From Pseudomonadota bacterium (GTDB lineage: Bacteria; Pseudomonadota; Alphaproteobacteria; G022571365): a stretch of DNA of 64,000 nucleotides. The stretch lies in the NCBI GenBank assembly GCA_022571365.1, contig JACZXZ010000003.1, positions 2,301 to 66,300 of the forward strand. The letters are read 5' to 3'. The notes beneath the pieces are model-generated. The model saw only the letters and a program-made list of their open reading frames with translations. It did not search any database and was not told where the DNA came from. Positions 38,907 to 48,205 of the stretch are shown here, one piece after another. The translations under genes were made by a program, and so were the position numbers. Position 1 is the first letter of the stretch, and each line of letters begins with the position of its first letter.

Positions 38907-39858
38907 CGAACGCCCTCAGCCGTTTGGCGATGGTGAGATAGACCACCATGATCAGGATGGGCACGACCGACAGCGCCGCGGCCAGGGGAATGTTGCCGGC
39001 GGTCCCCTGGTGAGCGAACACCGCCTGGCCGATGAACATCCGTGAGCTGCCGATAATACGGGGAATGATGTAGTCCCCGAGGGTTAGCGAGAAGGTGAAG
39101 ATCGATCCCGCCACCACGCCGGGGAAGACGAGCGGCAGGATCACCTTGCGGAAGGTCTGCCCCGGCCGCGCGCCGAGGTCGGCGGACGCCTCGATCATCG
39201 ACGCCGGCACCCGCTCGATCGCCGCCTCGATCGGCAGGATCATGTAAGGCAGCCATATATAAACGAAGACCAGATAGGTGCCGATATAGGACACCGACAG
39301 CGAGGTGCCGCCGATCACCGGCGTTGCGAGAACCGCATCGAGCAGCCAGGTGAGATGGAGCTGGTCCAAGAACCAGCTGAAGATCCCCTCCTTGGCCAGG
39401 ATCAGCTTCCAGGAATAGACCCGCACCAGATAGCTCGACCACAACGGCAGCATCACCGCGAGGTAGAGCAGCGCCTTGGTCCGCCCCGAGGCGTAGCGGG
39501 CCATGTAGTAAGCGATGGGAAAGCCGAGGATCGCGGCGCTTACGGTGACCGTCCCCGCCATGACGGTGGTCCGCGTGATGATGTCGAGGTTTGCCTGGGT
39601 GAACAGATCGCCGTAAGTGCGCAGGGTGAACGAGCGCACCACCAGCCCGGTGAATCCGTCCAGATAGAAGAAGCTTTGGACGAGCAGCGCGGACAGCGAG
39701 CCGAGATAGACCACCCCCAGCCACAGAAGCGGTAGTGCGAGCAGCAGCAAGAGCAGGAGCTGCGGTCGCCGGTAGAGGGCGGTCGAGACGCGCTGGGCGG
39801 GCGAGGGCCGCCGGGGCGGAACCGGCGATGCCGCGACGATGACATCCGGGACGGTCAC
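38896..39858 (-). CDS. ABC transporter permease (PotB/PotH-like)
   Basis: EAA loop [23 protein letters not shown] and multiple TM helices. It overlaps the ATPase gene by 4 nt. Confidence 0.85.
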   Translation of the reverse strand: MTVPDVIVAASPVPPRRPSPAQRVSTALYRRPQLLLLLLLALPLLWLGVVYLGSLSALLVQSFFYLDGFTGLVVRSFTLRTYGDLFTQANLDIITRTTVMAGTVTVSAAILGFPIAYYMARYASGRTKALLYLAVMLPLWSSYLVRVYSWKLILAKEGIFSWFLDQLHLTWLLDAVLATPVIGGTSLSVSYIGTYLVFVYIWLPYMILPIEAAIERVPASMIEASADLGARPGQTFRKVILPLVFPGVVAGSIFTFSLTLGDYIIPRIIGSSRMFIGQAVFAHQGTAGNIPLAAALSVVPILIMVVYLTIAKRLRAFDAF

Positions 39859-40982
39859 GGGCCGGGCTCACCGTCGGCGAGCGGCTGGTTATGGCGCCGG
39901 TCCCATGCCAGGCGAACCCGCTGGCCGAGAGAAGCGGCCACTTGGGCGGCGCTCTTGTTGAGGTTTTGCTCGATGACGATCAGCTCGCCGCCGCCATCGA
40001 GCGCCACCACGTAGCGGCTCGCCGCGCCGAGATAGACGACGTTGTGGATCTCGCCCTCGGCCGTGCAGCTCCCTTCGGGCGCCGGGTTCCCTGGCTCGGC
40101 GAGGCGAATCTTCTCCGGGCGGACCGAAAACGCCGTGTTCGAGCCCGTTATCCTGGCGGCGATCTCGCCGGTCAGCAGGTTGGAGACCCCGACGAAGCCG
40201 GCGACGAAGGCGGTTGCCGGCCGCTCGTAGATTTCACCGGGCGTGCCGATCTGCTCGATCCGGCCCACGTTGAACACCGCGATTCGGTCGCTCATGATGA
40301 GCGCCTCTTCCTGATCGTGGGTCACGTAGATGAAGGTGATGCCGACTTGGCGCTGGAGCGCCTTGAGCTCGATTTGCATCTGCTGGCGCAGTTTCAGGTC
40401 AAGGGCACCCAAAGGTTCGTCGAGGAGCAGCACGCGCGGGCGGTTGATGAGGGCGCGGGCGAGCGCCACCCGCTGCCGCTGGCCGCCCGAAAGCTGGGCC
40501 GGCTTACGGCCTCCCATGTCGGCCAGCTTGACCATCTCCAGCATCTCGAGCGCGCGGCGGCGCTGGTCCGCTTTCGCCACCTTCTTCACCATCAGGCCGT
40601 AGGCGACGTTGTCCATCACCGTCATGTGCGGGAACAAGGCGTAGTCCTGGAAAACGGTGTTGACGTCCCGCTCGTAGGGCGGGACGCCTCGGGTGGTCTG
40701 GCCGTGGATCATAATCCTGCCCGCCGTCGGTTGGTCGAAGCCGGCGATGAGCCGGAGGCAGGTGGTCTTGCCCGAGCCGGATGGGCCGAGGATCGAGAAA
40801 AACTCGCCGTCAACAATATCGAAGCTTACGCCGTCGACCGCCCTGACCATGCCAAAGTGGCGATGGACATTGGTGAAGCTGACTGCGGGTACTTCGCTCT
40901 CGACCATTTCTTGCGCGGATAACGGGATTGCAAAGGAGCCCGGCGCGCGCGCCAGCCGTGAGCGCCGGGCCCTCAGGGACAC
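39855..40982 (-). CDS. ABC transporter ATP-binding protein (PotA/PotG-like)
   Basis: GPSGSGKTT (Walker A), [15 protein letters not shown] (signature) and [11 protein letters not shown] (Walker B). The likely true start is the ATG at 40907 ([11 protein letters not shown]). Confidence 0.9.
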   Translation of the reverse strand: MSLRARRSRLARAPGSFAIPLSAQEMVESEVPAVSFTNVHRHFGMVRAVDGVSFDIVDGEFFSILGPSGSGKTTCLRLIAGFDQPTAGRIMIHGQTTRGVPPYERDVNTVFQDYALFPHMTVMDNVAYGLMVKKVAKADQRRRALEMLEMVKLADMGGRKPAQLSGGQRQRVALARALINRPRVLLLDEPLGALDLKLRQQMQIELKALQRQVGITFIYVTHDQEEALIMSDRIAVFNVGRIEQIGTPGEIYERPATAFVAGFVGVSNLLTGEIAARITGSNTAFSVRPEKIRLAEPGNPAPEGSCTAEGEIHNVVYLGAASRYVVALDGGGELIVIEQNLNKSAAQVAASLGQRVRLAWDRRHNQPLADGEPGP

Positions 40983-41064
40983 GAAAATCAGATCCGACGG
41001 ACGACCCCGCGGCCGCCGCGTGAAGGGCTCCGGGTGGCGCGCCGTACCGCCACCCGGCTCCGAA

Positions 41065-42243
41065 TCAGCGGCCCCCGAGGATGGCGATCCAGTCAGTCAC
41101 CCACCGGTAGTACGGAACGCAGGTCCGGCCTCCGCCGCAGTCGGCGACCGGCGTCTTCCAGAATTCGGTCTTTTCGAAGTTGCCGAGACCATTGATTTCG
41201 CAGCCCTCGTCGCCGAGCAGCTCGTTGCCCTTGCACGCGTCGAGGCGGACCGGCACCGAGCCGAACCAAGCCGCGAGATCCCCCTGAAGCTTGGGGTTGA
41301 TCGAGTGCTCCAGCCACTTGTAGGCGCAGTTTGGATGCGGTGCCTCGCTGTGCATCATCGTCGTGTCAGACCAGCCGGTGGCGCCTTCGACCGGAAGCAC
41401 GCTCTCGATCGGCTCGCCCGCGTCGCGCAGCAGGTTGACCTGGAACGGCCAGGCCGAGGAGGCGGCCACGCCCTCATTGGTGAAGTCGTCGATCTGGATG
41501 AAGGGGTCGTGCCAGTAGCGGGGGACGATTTTGCGCTGCTCGCGCAGCAGCGTCAGCACTGCCTGGTACTGGTCTTCGTCCAGGGCATAGGGGTCCTCGA
41601 TGCCGAGCTCGGGGTTCTTGTATTTCAGGTAGAGCGCCGCGTCGGCGATATAGATCGGCCCGTCAAAGGCCTGCACACGTCCCTTGTTCGACTCGCCGTC
41701 GGGGAGTGTCATCGTCTCGAACACGACCTCCCAGCTCGTGGGCGGCTCGGGGAAGACCTCGGTGTTGTACATCAACACGTTCGAGCCCCACTGATAGGGA
41801 ACGCCGAAATGCTTGCCGCCGACCGTGTGCCAGGGGGCGTTGTGGAGCCGGGGATCAATCTTGTCCCAGCTCGGGACAAGGTCGATGTTGATCTCCTGCA
41901 CCCGGCGGCCGGCGATCAACCTGAGACTCGCGTCGCCCGAGGCGGTCACCAGGTCAAACCCGCCCTCGTTCATCAACGCGACCATCTCGTCCGAGGTGCC
42001 GGCGGTCTTCACCCGCACCTTGCAGTTGGGATTGTCGGCCTCGAAATCGGTGACCCAGTCGAAGGCAGGGTCGGTCTCGCCGCGCTCGATGTAGCCTGGC
42101 CAGGCGACGATGTCGACGAAGCCCTCACCAGGGCCGATGCTCTGGAGCGGCTCCTGGCCTTCGACCTGGGCAGCGGAAATGTAGACAGCGCCGCTCAAGG
42201 CCGCGGCGGCGACCACGGACAGCCAAGATGATTTCCTTCTCAT
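41065..42243 (-). CDS. periplasmic solute-binding protein (PotD/PotF polyamine-type family)
   Basis: Leader MRRKSSWLSVVAAAALSGAVYISAAQ, with a family-1 SBP-like body (…VAWPGYIERG…FDLVTASGDASLRLI…). It is the first gene of the ABC operon. Confidence 0.8.
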   Translation of the reverse strand: MRRKSSWLSVVAAAALSGAVYISAAQVEGQEPLQSIGPGEGFVDIVAWPGYIERGETDPAFDWVTDFEADNPNCKVRVKTAGTSDEMVALMNEGGFDLVTASGDASLRLIAGRRVQEINIDLVPSWDKIDPRLHNAPWHTVGGKHFGVPYQWGSNVLMYNTEVFPEPPTSWEVVFETMTLPDGESNKGRVQAFDGPIYIADAALYLKYKNPELGIEDPYALDEDQYQAVLTLLREQRKIVPRYWHDPFIQIDDFTNEGVAASSAWPFQVNLLRDAGEPIESVLPVEGATGWSDTTMMHSEAPHPNCAYKWLEHSINPKLQGDLAAWFGSVPVRLDACKGNELLGDEGCEINGLGNFEKTEFWKTPVADCGGGRTCVPYYRWVTDWIAILGGR

Positions 42244-42459
42244 TAGTGAATACTCCCCCCAATTATCAGGTGTCGTGGCGGATTAACGCTTCTGGTTGTG
42301 CGAGCGAAGCTAGCAAAAAGCCATGGCTGCGGCAAGGGAAGGGTGCTCCCGTGCTTCCAGCTTGCGAGAAGGGGCCGATTCCTGCGTGGACGCCGGCCCC
42401 AGCGGTCTGCGCTTGGGGGAGGGACGCGGAAAATTCGCCGGTCGAGTATCCGGCGCGTC

Positions 42460-42590
42460 GATCTATAATACGTTAATACGTTGATCTATATAGTTGATCT
42501 ATAATACGTTAATACGTTGATCTATATAAAAGTGCGCAGTGATCTATATATGAAGTGCGCAGTGATCTATATATAGAAGTGCGCAGTAAC
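42460..42590. repeat. iteron-like array: six GATCTATA cores inside two 23-bp and three 22-23-bp tandem units
   Basis: Cores start at 42460, 42483, 42496, 42519, 42541 and 42564. Unit A, GATCTATAATACGTTAATACGTT, occurs at 42460 and 42496. Unit B, GATCTATATA..GAAGTGCGCAGT, occurs at 42519, 42541 and 42564. Confidence 0.85.
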
Positions 42591-42656
42591 CTACCGGGGC
42601 ATTTTCTGAACGTCTGTCCGTGGCCGTTCTGTTGTTGTGAGAAAAAGATTTCCGCC

Positions 42657-42870
42657 GCGTGACCGCCGTGCGAACGCGTGACCGCCGCGCGAACGGATCC
42701 GGGACCGCCGCGGAGTGGACTTCGACCAGGGGACATCGGAGTGAGCGCTAAACAGCTTTTAACGCGTGACCGCCGTGCGAACGCGTGACCGCCGCGCGAA
42801 CGGATCCGGGACCGCCGCGGAGTGGACTTCGGCCGGGGGACATCGGAGTGAGCGCTAAACAGCTTTTTCA
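42657..42870 (+). repeat. 107-bp tandem duplication covering the RBS, start codon and first 6 codons (plus part of the seventh) of the radical SAM gene
   Basis: The unit beginning GCGTGACCGCCGTGCGAACGCGTGACCGCCGCGCGAACGGATCCGGGACCGCCGCGGAGTGGACTTCG starts at 42657 and again at 42764. The two copies differ at about 2 positions. Each unit contains the 19-mer GCGTGACCGCCG(T/C)GCGAAC twice. Confidence 0.9.
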
Positions 42871-44626
42871 CGTGGTGCTGATCAAGCCGTCCCACTACGA
42901 CGATGACGGTTACGTCGTCCAGTGGTGGAAGGCTTGGATCCCGTCGAACTCCCTCGCGGTACTGTATGGCCTGATCCAAGAGATGATCGAGCGGAAGCTG
43001 CTGGGCGAGGATGTGGATATTCAGATATCCGCCTATGACGAAACCAATGCCGTCATACCCGTCAAGAAGATCGTCCGGCAGATCAAGCAGGGCGGCGGGC
43101 TGGTGTGCATGGTCGGGGTCCAGTCCAACCAGTTCCCGAGAACGATCGACCTCGCGAAGCAGTTCCGCGACGAGGGCCTTCAGGTCGCGATCGGCGGTTT
43201 CCACGTTTCCGGCTGCATCGCCATGCTGCCGGAGCTGCAGGCGGACCTGAAGGAGGCTTTGGACCTCGGAATTTCGCTGTTCGCGGGCGAGGCCGAAGAT
43301 CGGCTGGAAGGGGTCCTGTTGGATGCTCACCGCGGGGAGCTCAAGCCGATCTACAACTACATGAACGACCTCCCGGCCCTGCAGAATCAACCGACCCCGT
43401 TTTTGCCCGAGGCGATGGTCAGGAAATACGCCGGCGCGATCAGCAGCTTCGACGCCGGCCGCGGCTGCCCCTTCCAATGCAGCTTCTGCACCATCATCAA
43501 CGTCCAGGGCCGCAAGTCGCGCTGGCGTGACGCCGACGACGTGGAGCGCTTGGTCCGCGCCAACGTCGCGCAGGGCATCACCCGCTTTTTCATCACCGAC
43601 GACAACTTCGCGCGGAACCGGAACTGGGAGGCGATTTTCGACCGGCTGGCCGAACTGAGGGAAGCGGAGAACCTCCCGCTGAGCCTCATCATCCAGGTCG
43701 ACACGCTTTGTCACAAGATCCCGAATTTCGTGGAGAAGTCGAAGCGCGCCGGCGTGTCCCGGGTGTTCATCGGACTCGAGAGCATCAACCCCGACAACCT
43801 GATGGCGGCCAAGAAGCGCCAGAACAAGATCACCGAGTACCGCAAGATGCTTCAGGACTGGCGCAATCAACGCATCATCACTTACGCCGGTTACATCCTG
43901 GGCTTTCCCAACGATACCCCTGAGTCGATCGAGCAGGACATCGAGATCATCAAGCGCGAGCTTCCGATCGACCTGCTGGAGTTCTTCTGCCTCACCCCGC
44001 TGCCGGGCTCCGAGGACCACAAGAACCTGTACCTGAAAGGGGTCTGGATGGACCCGGACATGAACATCTACGACCTGGAGCATGTCTGCACCGGCCACGA
44101 ACGCATGTCGAAGGAGGAGTGGCAGGGCATCTACCGCAGGGCGTGGGACATGTATTACTCGTTCGACCACGTCGAGACCCTGATGCGCCGCGCGGTGGCA
44201 ACCGGCAACAAGCCGGAGCGCATCTGGGCGCACACGCTCCAGTTCCACGGCAGCATGAAGTTCGAGAACGTGCATCCGCTCCAGGGCGGCTACTTCCGGC
44301 GCAAGGTGCGGACCCAGCGCCGCTCCGGCCTGCCGCGCGAGAACCCGCTGGTCTTCTATCCACACCGGGTGTGGGAGACCTTGTCGACCTATGTGTTGTT
44401 CGGCCTCTACGCTTGGAAGCTGTGGCGGCTATGCCAGAGGGTGAAGCGCGATCCCGCGAGCAAGACTTACATGGACCTGGCGCTGACCCCGGTGAAGGAG
44501 GCCGAGGACGAGCATCTGGAGATGTTCGAGCACACCGAAGCGGCCAAAGCCGCGGTCGCGAAGGCCAAGGCAGAGGCCATGGCGCGCAAGCACTCCGCGG
44601 TGGAAGCCGCGCGGCTCGCAAGCTGA
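42848..44626 (+). CDS. B12-binding-domain radical SAM protein
   Basis: The GTG at 42848 is preceded by GGGGGA. The N-terminal B12-binding-like domain is VVLIKPSHYDDDGYVVQW...VAIGGFHVSG. The radical SAM cluster motif is GRGCPFQCSFC (CxxxCxxC). A long C-terminal extension includes one hydrophobic helix (TLSTYVLFGLYAWKLW). Confidence 0.85.
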   Translation: MSAKQLFHVVLIKPSHYDDDGYVVQWWKAWIPSNSLAVLYGLIQEMIERKLLGEDVDIQISAYDETNAVIPVKKIVRQIKQGGGLVCMVGVQSNQFPRTIDLAKQFRDEGLQVAIGGFHVSGCIAMLPELQADLKEALDLGISLFAGEAEDRLEGVLLDAHRGELKPIYNYMNDLPALQNQPTPFLPEAMVRKYAGAISSFDAGRGCPFQCSFCTIINVQGRKSRWRDADDVERLVRANVAQGITRFFITDDNFARNRNWEAIFDRLAELREAENLPLSLIIQVDTLCHKIPNFVEKSKRAGVSRVFIGLESINPDNLMAAKKRQNKITEYRKMLQDWRNQRIITYAGYILGFPNDTPESIEQDIEIIKRELPIDLLEFFCLTPLPGSEDHKNLYLKGVWMDPDMNIYDLEHVCTGHERMSKEEWQGIYRRAWDMYYSFDHVETLMRRAVATGNKPERIWAHTLQFHGSMKFENVHPLQGGYFRRKVRTQRRSGLPRENPLVFYPHRVWETLSTYVLFGLYAWKLWRLCQRVKRDPASKTYMDLALTPVKEAEDEHLEMFEHTEAAKAAVAKAKAEAMARKHSAVEAARLAS

Positions 44627-44734
44627 GCTCTCCCGCAACCGCTGGCTCTCCCGCAACCGCTGGCTCTCCGTAACCGCTGGCTCTCCCGCAACCGCTGGCT
44701 CTCCCGCAACCGCTGGCTCTCCCGCAACCGCTGC
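44627..44734 (+). repeat. 18-bp tandem repeat x6 starting at the first base after the radical SAM stop codon
   Basis: GCTCTCCCGCAACCGCTG occurs at 44627, 44645, 44663 (variant GTAACC), 44681, 44699 and 44717. Confidence 0.9.
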
Positions 44735-44896
44735 TGGCACTGATTTTCCGCCCCTATGAGTGGGGCCCTTGTCGTGGTCGAGGCAAGCCGGCCGCTTGCT
44801 GACCGCCGGCCACGATCCAATCCCCGCGCCTCATTCCTCCCCACCGGGGATTTTGGTCCCGGCGGGGCCGGGCCAGTCGGCCGGGGCTTGGGCCCG

Positions 44897-45286
44897 CTAC
44901 GACTCCCTGTCGATTGGGGCCCCGGCCTGGGCCCAGGCCGCAAAGCCGCCGGCCATGTGGCTCACATTCTCGACTCCCATGTCCTGAACCATCTTGGCGG
45001 CGAGGACCGAGCGCCCGCCCGAGGCGCAGTGGAGGACGAGCTGTTTGCCGGAAGAGAAGACGTCCTTGTGGGCCGGGCTTTCCGGATCGACGTAGAACTC
45101 GAGCATGCCGCGGGATGCGTGGACCGATCCCGGTATGAAGCCGTTGGTCCGGCGTTCGCTCTCGTCGCGGACGTCGACGATGACGACGTCGGGATTTTCC
45201 ATGAGAGATAGTGTGTCTTCGACGGAAAGGGCCTTGACCTGTGCGTTGGCCTCGGCCAGCAGTTTCTGGACACCGGTTTTGAGCAT
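44897..45286 (-). CDS. rhodanese-domain sulfurtransferase
   Basis: VIVDVRDESER ... active-site loop HCASGGRS (CxxxxR) ... GGFAAW. 129 aa. Confidence 0.85.
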   Translation of the reverse strand: MLKTGVQKLLAEANAQVKALSVEDTLSLMENPDVVIVDVRDESERRTNGFIPGSVHASRGMLEFYVDPESPAHKDVFSSGKQLVLHCASGGRSVLAAKMVQDMGVENVSHMAGGFAAWAQAGAPIDRES

Positions 45287-45555
45287 GGCAACGAGCCTCC
45301 TTGGCTTCTCGACGATCCGCCATTGCTGCTTTGGAGATGGTATGGGCGAGGGGTATTGGGAAGGGACCGGGCTTGTCCCGGGTCCGCTCTCGAATGCGCT
45401 TCGCGCCGGCCGGCGCGAAGCCCCGGAAGTCCGCCTTTCGGAGCATCATCGCGGCGTCGGCGGGGGTGCCGCTTCCCCCTTGGAGGGGAGGCTGGTCCGT
45501 AGAGCGTGGCCGTGGTATAGGCTTCAGACCATCGCATGAGCTGAACGGAAGCGCT

Positions 45556-48138
45556 ATGCGACGCCTCGTCCTCACCGCCGCGCTGCTCACCGTATTATCC
45601 GCGCCGTTATCCGCGCCGGGCTGGGCGGATTTTGACGCTGGCAGCGCCGCCTATGACCGCGGCGACTACACCACGGCATTTCGCGAGTTTCTGTCCTCTG
45701 CGGAGCAGGGTGATGCCGATGCCCAGTTCGGCCTCGGCATCATGTATGAATTCGGCGAGGGTGTCTCCCAGGACTATGGCGAGGCGGCGCGGTGGTACCG
45801 AGAAGCCGCCGAGCAGGGGCTTGCCGAAGCCCAATTCGGCCTCGCGTTTATGTACACCGACGGCTCTGGCGTCCCGCAGGATTATGGCGAGGCGGCGCGG
45901 TGGTACCGGATGGCCGCCGAGCAGGGCGATGCCAATGCCCAGTACGCCCTTGCGCTTATGTATACCAACGGCGCTGGCGTCCCGCAGGACTATGGCGAGG
46001 CGAGGCGGTGGTATCGGATGGCCGCCGAGCAGGGGCTTGCCGAAGCCCAGAGCAGTCTTGGCCTCATATACGACAACGGCACGGGCGTCCCGCAGGACTA
46101 TGGCGAGGCGGCGCGGTGGTATCGGATGGCCGCCGAGCAGGGGCTTGCCGAAGCCCAGAACAGTCTTGGCTTCATGTACGACAACGGCTCTGGCGTCCGG
46201 CAAGACTATGGCGAGGCGGCGCGGTGGTACCGAAAAGCCGCCGAGCAAGGCGATGTCTATGCCCAATACAACCTCGCGCTTATGTACATCGATGGCACTG
46301 GCGTTCCCCAGGACTATGGCGAGGCGGCGCGGTGGTATCGGATGGCCGCCGAACAGGGCGATGCCGACGCCCAGTTCAGCCTCGCGCTCATGTACGACAA
46401 CGGCTATGGCGTCCCGCAGGACTATGGCGAGGCGGCGCGGTGGTACCGAGAAGCCGCCGAGCGGGGGAATGCCGACGCCCAGAACAACCTTGGCCTCATG
46501 TCCGAGCTAGGCGAGGGCGTTCCCCAGGACTATGGCGAGGCGGCGCGGTGGTACCTGAAGGCCGCCGAGCAGGGTGAGGCCGACGCCCAGAACAACCTCG
46601 CGCTTATGTACACCAACGGCACTGGCGTGCCCCAGGACTACGGCGAGGCGACGCGGTGGTACCGGATGGCCGCCGAGCAGGGCGAGGCCAATGCCCAGTT
46701 CAACCTCGCGCTCATGTATGCCAACGGCTACGGCGTTCCTCAGGACTATGGCGAGGCGGCGCGGTGGTACCGAGAAGCCGCCGATCAAGGCGATGCCGAT
46801 GCCCAGTACAACCTCGCTCTTATGTATGAGGACGGCTATGGCGTTCGCCAGGACTATGGCGAGGCGGCGCGGTGGTACCGAGAAGCCGCCGAGCAAGGCG
46901 ATGCCGACGCCCAATACAACCTCGCCCTCATCTACGACAACGGCACGGGTGTCCGCCAAGACTATGGCGAGGCGGTGAGGTGGTACCTGAGGGCCGCCGA
47001 GCAGAGCCATGCCAGAGCCCAGAACAACCTCGGCGTCATGTATGGGCGCGGCGAGGGAGTGCCGCGCGATCCGGTCCTGGCGCACATGTGGTCCAACCTG
47101 GCCGCCTCCACCCTTCCGCCTGGCGAGGACCGAGACATGGCTGTTGAAAACCGCGACTTCGTGGCCGAACAGCTCTCGCCTTCGGAGCTCGTCCGCGCCC
47201 AGCAAATGGCCCGGAACTGGCGGCCGGGTTTGTCCGAAATGGGCGAAACCGCTTCTTCGTCGAGCCTCTCTGAACCGCCGGGCCCGGCCCGCGAGCTCGT
47301 CCAGAACATACAGGAGGCCCTCGCCGCGCTCGGTTACGACCCGGGGCCCGCGGACGGCGCCCCGGGGCCGCAAACCCGAGAGGCCATCCGGGCCTTTCAG
47401 GCCGATCTCGAATTGCCGGTCACCGGGGAGGTGTCCAAGGAACTGTTGCTGCTCGCCCGAATTTCCGAAGCAGTGTTAACCGCGGAGGAGGAGGGAGACT
47501 TCGAGGGCACGTCGGAGAATTGGTATGCGACTGGTTCCGGCTTTGTCGTCAGCCCGGCCGGATACGCCTTGACGAATTATCATGTCGTGGAAGGGTGTGG
47601 TGAGATCCGGCTACCGACAGGTGTAAGCGTCGCCCATGTGGCCAGCGATCCGCAAACGGACCTGGCCCTCCTCAAAATACCCGGGGAGTTCCCCGACAGC
47701 GCCTCATTTCGTGCCGGGCGCGGCATTCGGGCAGGCGACGACGTGGTGGCCATTGGCTTCCCGCTGCAAGGCATATTGACGTCCGATCCCAGCGTGACCA
47801 CGGGCACGATCAGCGCCCTCGCCGGTCCCGGCGATGACCGCCGCATGTTGCAGATGACTGCGCCGATCCAACCCGGGAACAGCGGTGGGCCGCTTCTCGA
47901 CATGAGCGGGAATGTCGTGGGCGTCGTCGTCAGCAAATTGGATGCGTTGGAAATTGCCGAGTTGACGGGCGATATTCCTCAGAACGTAAACTTCGCGGTC
48001 CATGCCTCGCTCGCCCGGATATTCCTCGACGCCCACAACATTGAGTACAATATAGCCCCGTCCACGGAAACACCCCCGGCGGCGGAGATCGCGGCAAGCG
48101 CCCGGAAGTTTACCGTCCTCATCGAATGCTGGGAGTGA
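45556..48138 (+). CDS. secreted Sel1-repeat (x13) / peptidoglycan-binding / trypsin-like serine protease protein
   Basis: The ATG at 45556 gives the leader MRRLVLTAALLTVLSAPLSAPGWA. Thirteen 36-aa Sel1 units follow (A.WYR.AAEQG.A.AQ..L..MY..G.GV.QDY.EA). Next is PG_binding_1 (LVQNIQEALAALGYDPGPADGAPGPQTREAIRAFQADLELPVTG). The S1-type protease domain has TNYHVV (His), DLALLK (Asp) and GNSGGPL (Ser). Confidence 0.85.
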   Translation: MRRLVLTAALLTVLSAPLSAPGWADFDAGSAAYDRGDYTTAFREFLSSAEQGDADAQFGLGIMYEFGEGVSQDYGEAARWYREAAEQGLAEAQFGLAFMYTDGSGVPQDYGEAARWYRMAAEQGDANAQYALALMYTNGAGVPQDYGEARRWYRMAAEQGLAEAQSSLGLIYDNGTGVPQDYGEAARWYRMAAEQGLAEAQNSLGFMYDNGSGVRQDYGEAARWYRKAAEQGDVYAQYNLALMYIDGTGVPQDYGEAARWYRMAAEQGDADAQFSLALMYDNGYGVPQDYGEAARWYREAAERGNADAQNNLGLMSELGEGVPQDYGEAARWYLKAAEQGEADAQNNLALMYTNGTGVPQDYGEATRWYRMAAEQGEANAQFNLALMYANGYGVPQDYGEAARWYREAADQGDADAQYNLALMYEDGYGVRQDYGEAARWYREAAEQGDADAQYNLALIYDNGTGVRQDYGEAVRWYLRAAEQSHARAQNNLGVMYGRGEGVPRDPVLAHMWSNLAASTLPPGEDRDMAVENRDFVAEQLSPSELVRAQQMARNWRPGLSEMGETASSSSLSEPPGPARELVQNIQEALAALGYDPGPADGAPGPQTREAIRAFQADLELPVTGEVSKELLLLARISEAVLTAEEEGDFEGTSENWYATGSGFVVSPAGYALTNYHVVEGCGEIRLPTGVSVAHVASDPQTDLALLKIPGEFPDSASFRAGRGIRAGDDVVAIGFPLQGILTSDPSVTTGTISALAGPGDDRRMLQMTAPIQPGNSGGPLLDMSGNVVGVVVSKLDALEIAELTGDIPQNVNFAVHASLARIFLDAHNIEYNIAPSTETPPAAEIAASARKFTVLIECWE

Positions 48139-48205
48139 TCATCATCCGGGACGTTCGCGCCGCTGGCGCCCTTGGCCAAGAAGATGAGGCGCACGGGGAG
48201 ATCAC

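Noticed and set aside
42509-44365. 618-aa minus-strand ORF, and likewise 51783..53735 (650 aa), 50338..51378, 7535..9049, 4744..6126, 132..980 and 32046..33716
   Set aside because: Each lies opposite a gene with strong family motifs (radical SAM, lon, clpX, the FeS protein, the decaheme, the FNR-type reductase, nnr). None shows a recognisable motif of its own.
42460-44734. Possible CRISPR arrays (repeat arrays at 42460-42590, 42657-42870 and 44627-44734)
   Set aside because: The units are contiguous tandem copies or are separated by non-unique short linkers. There are no 25-40 bp unique spacers, no cas genes in the window, and unit sizes of 18, 23 and 107 bp do not fit CRISPR repeats.
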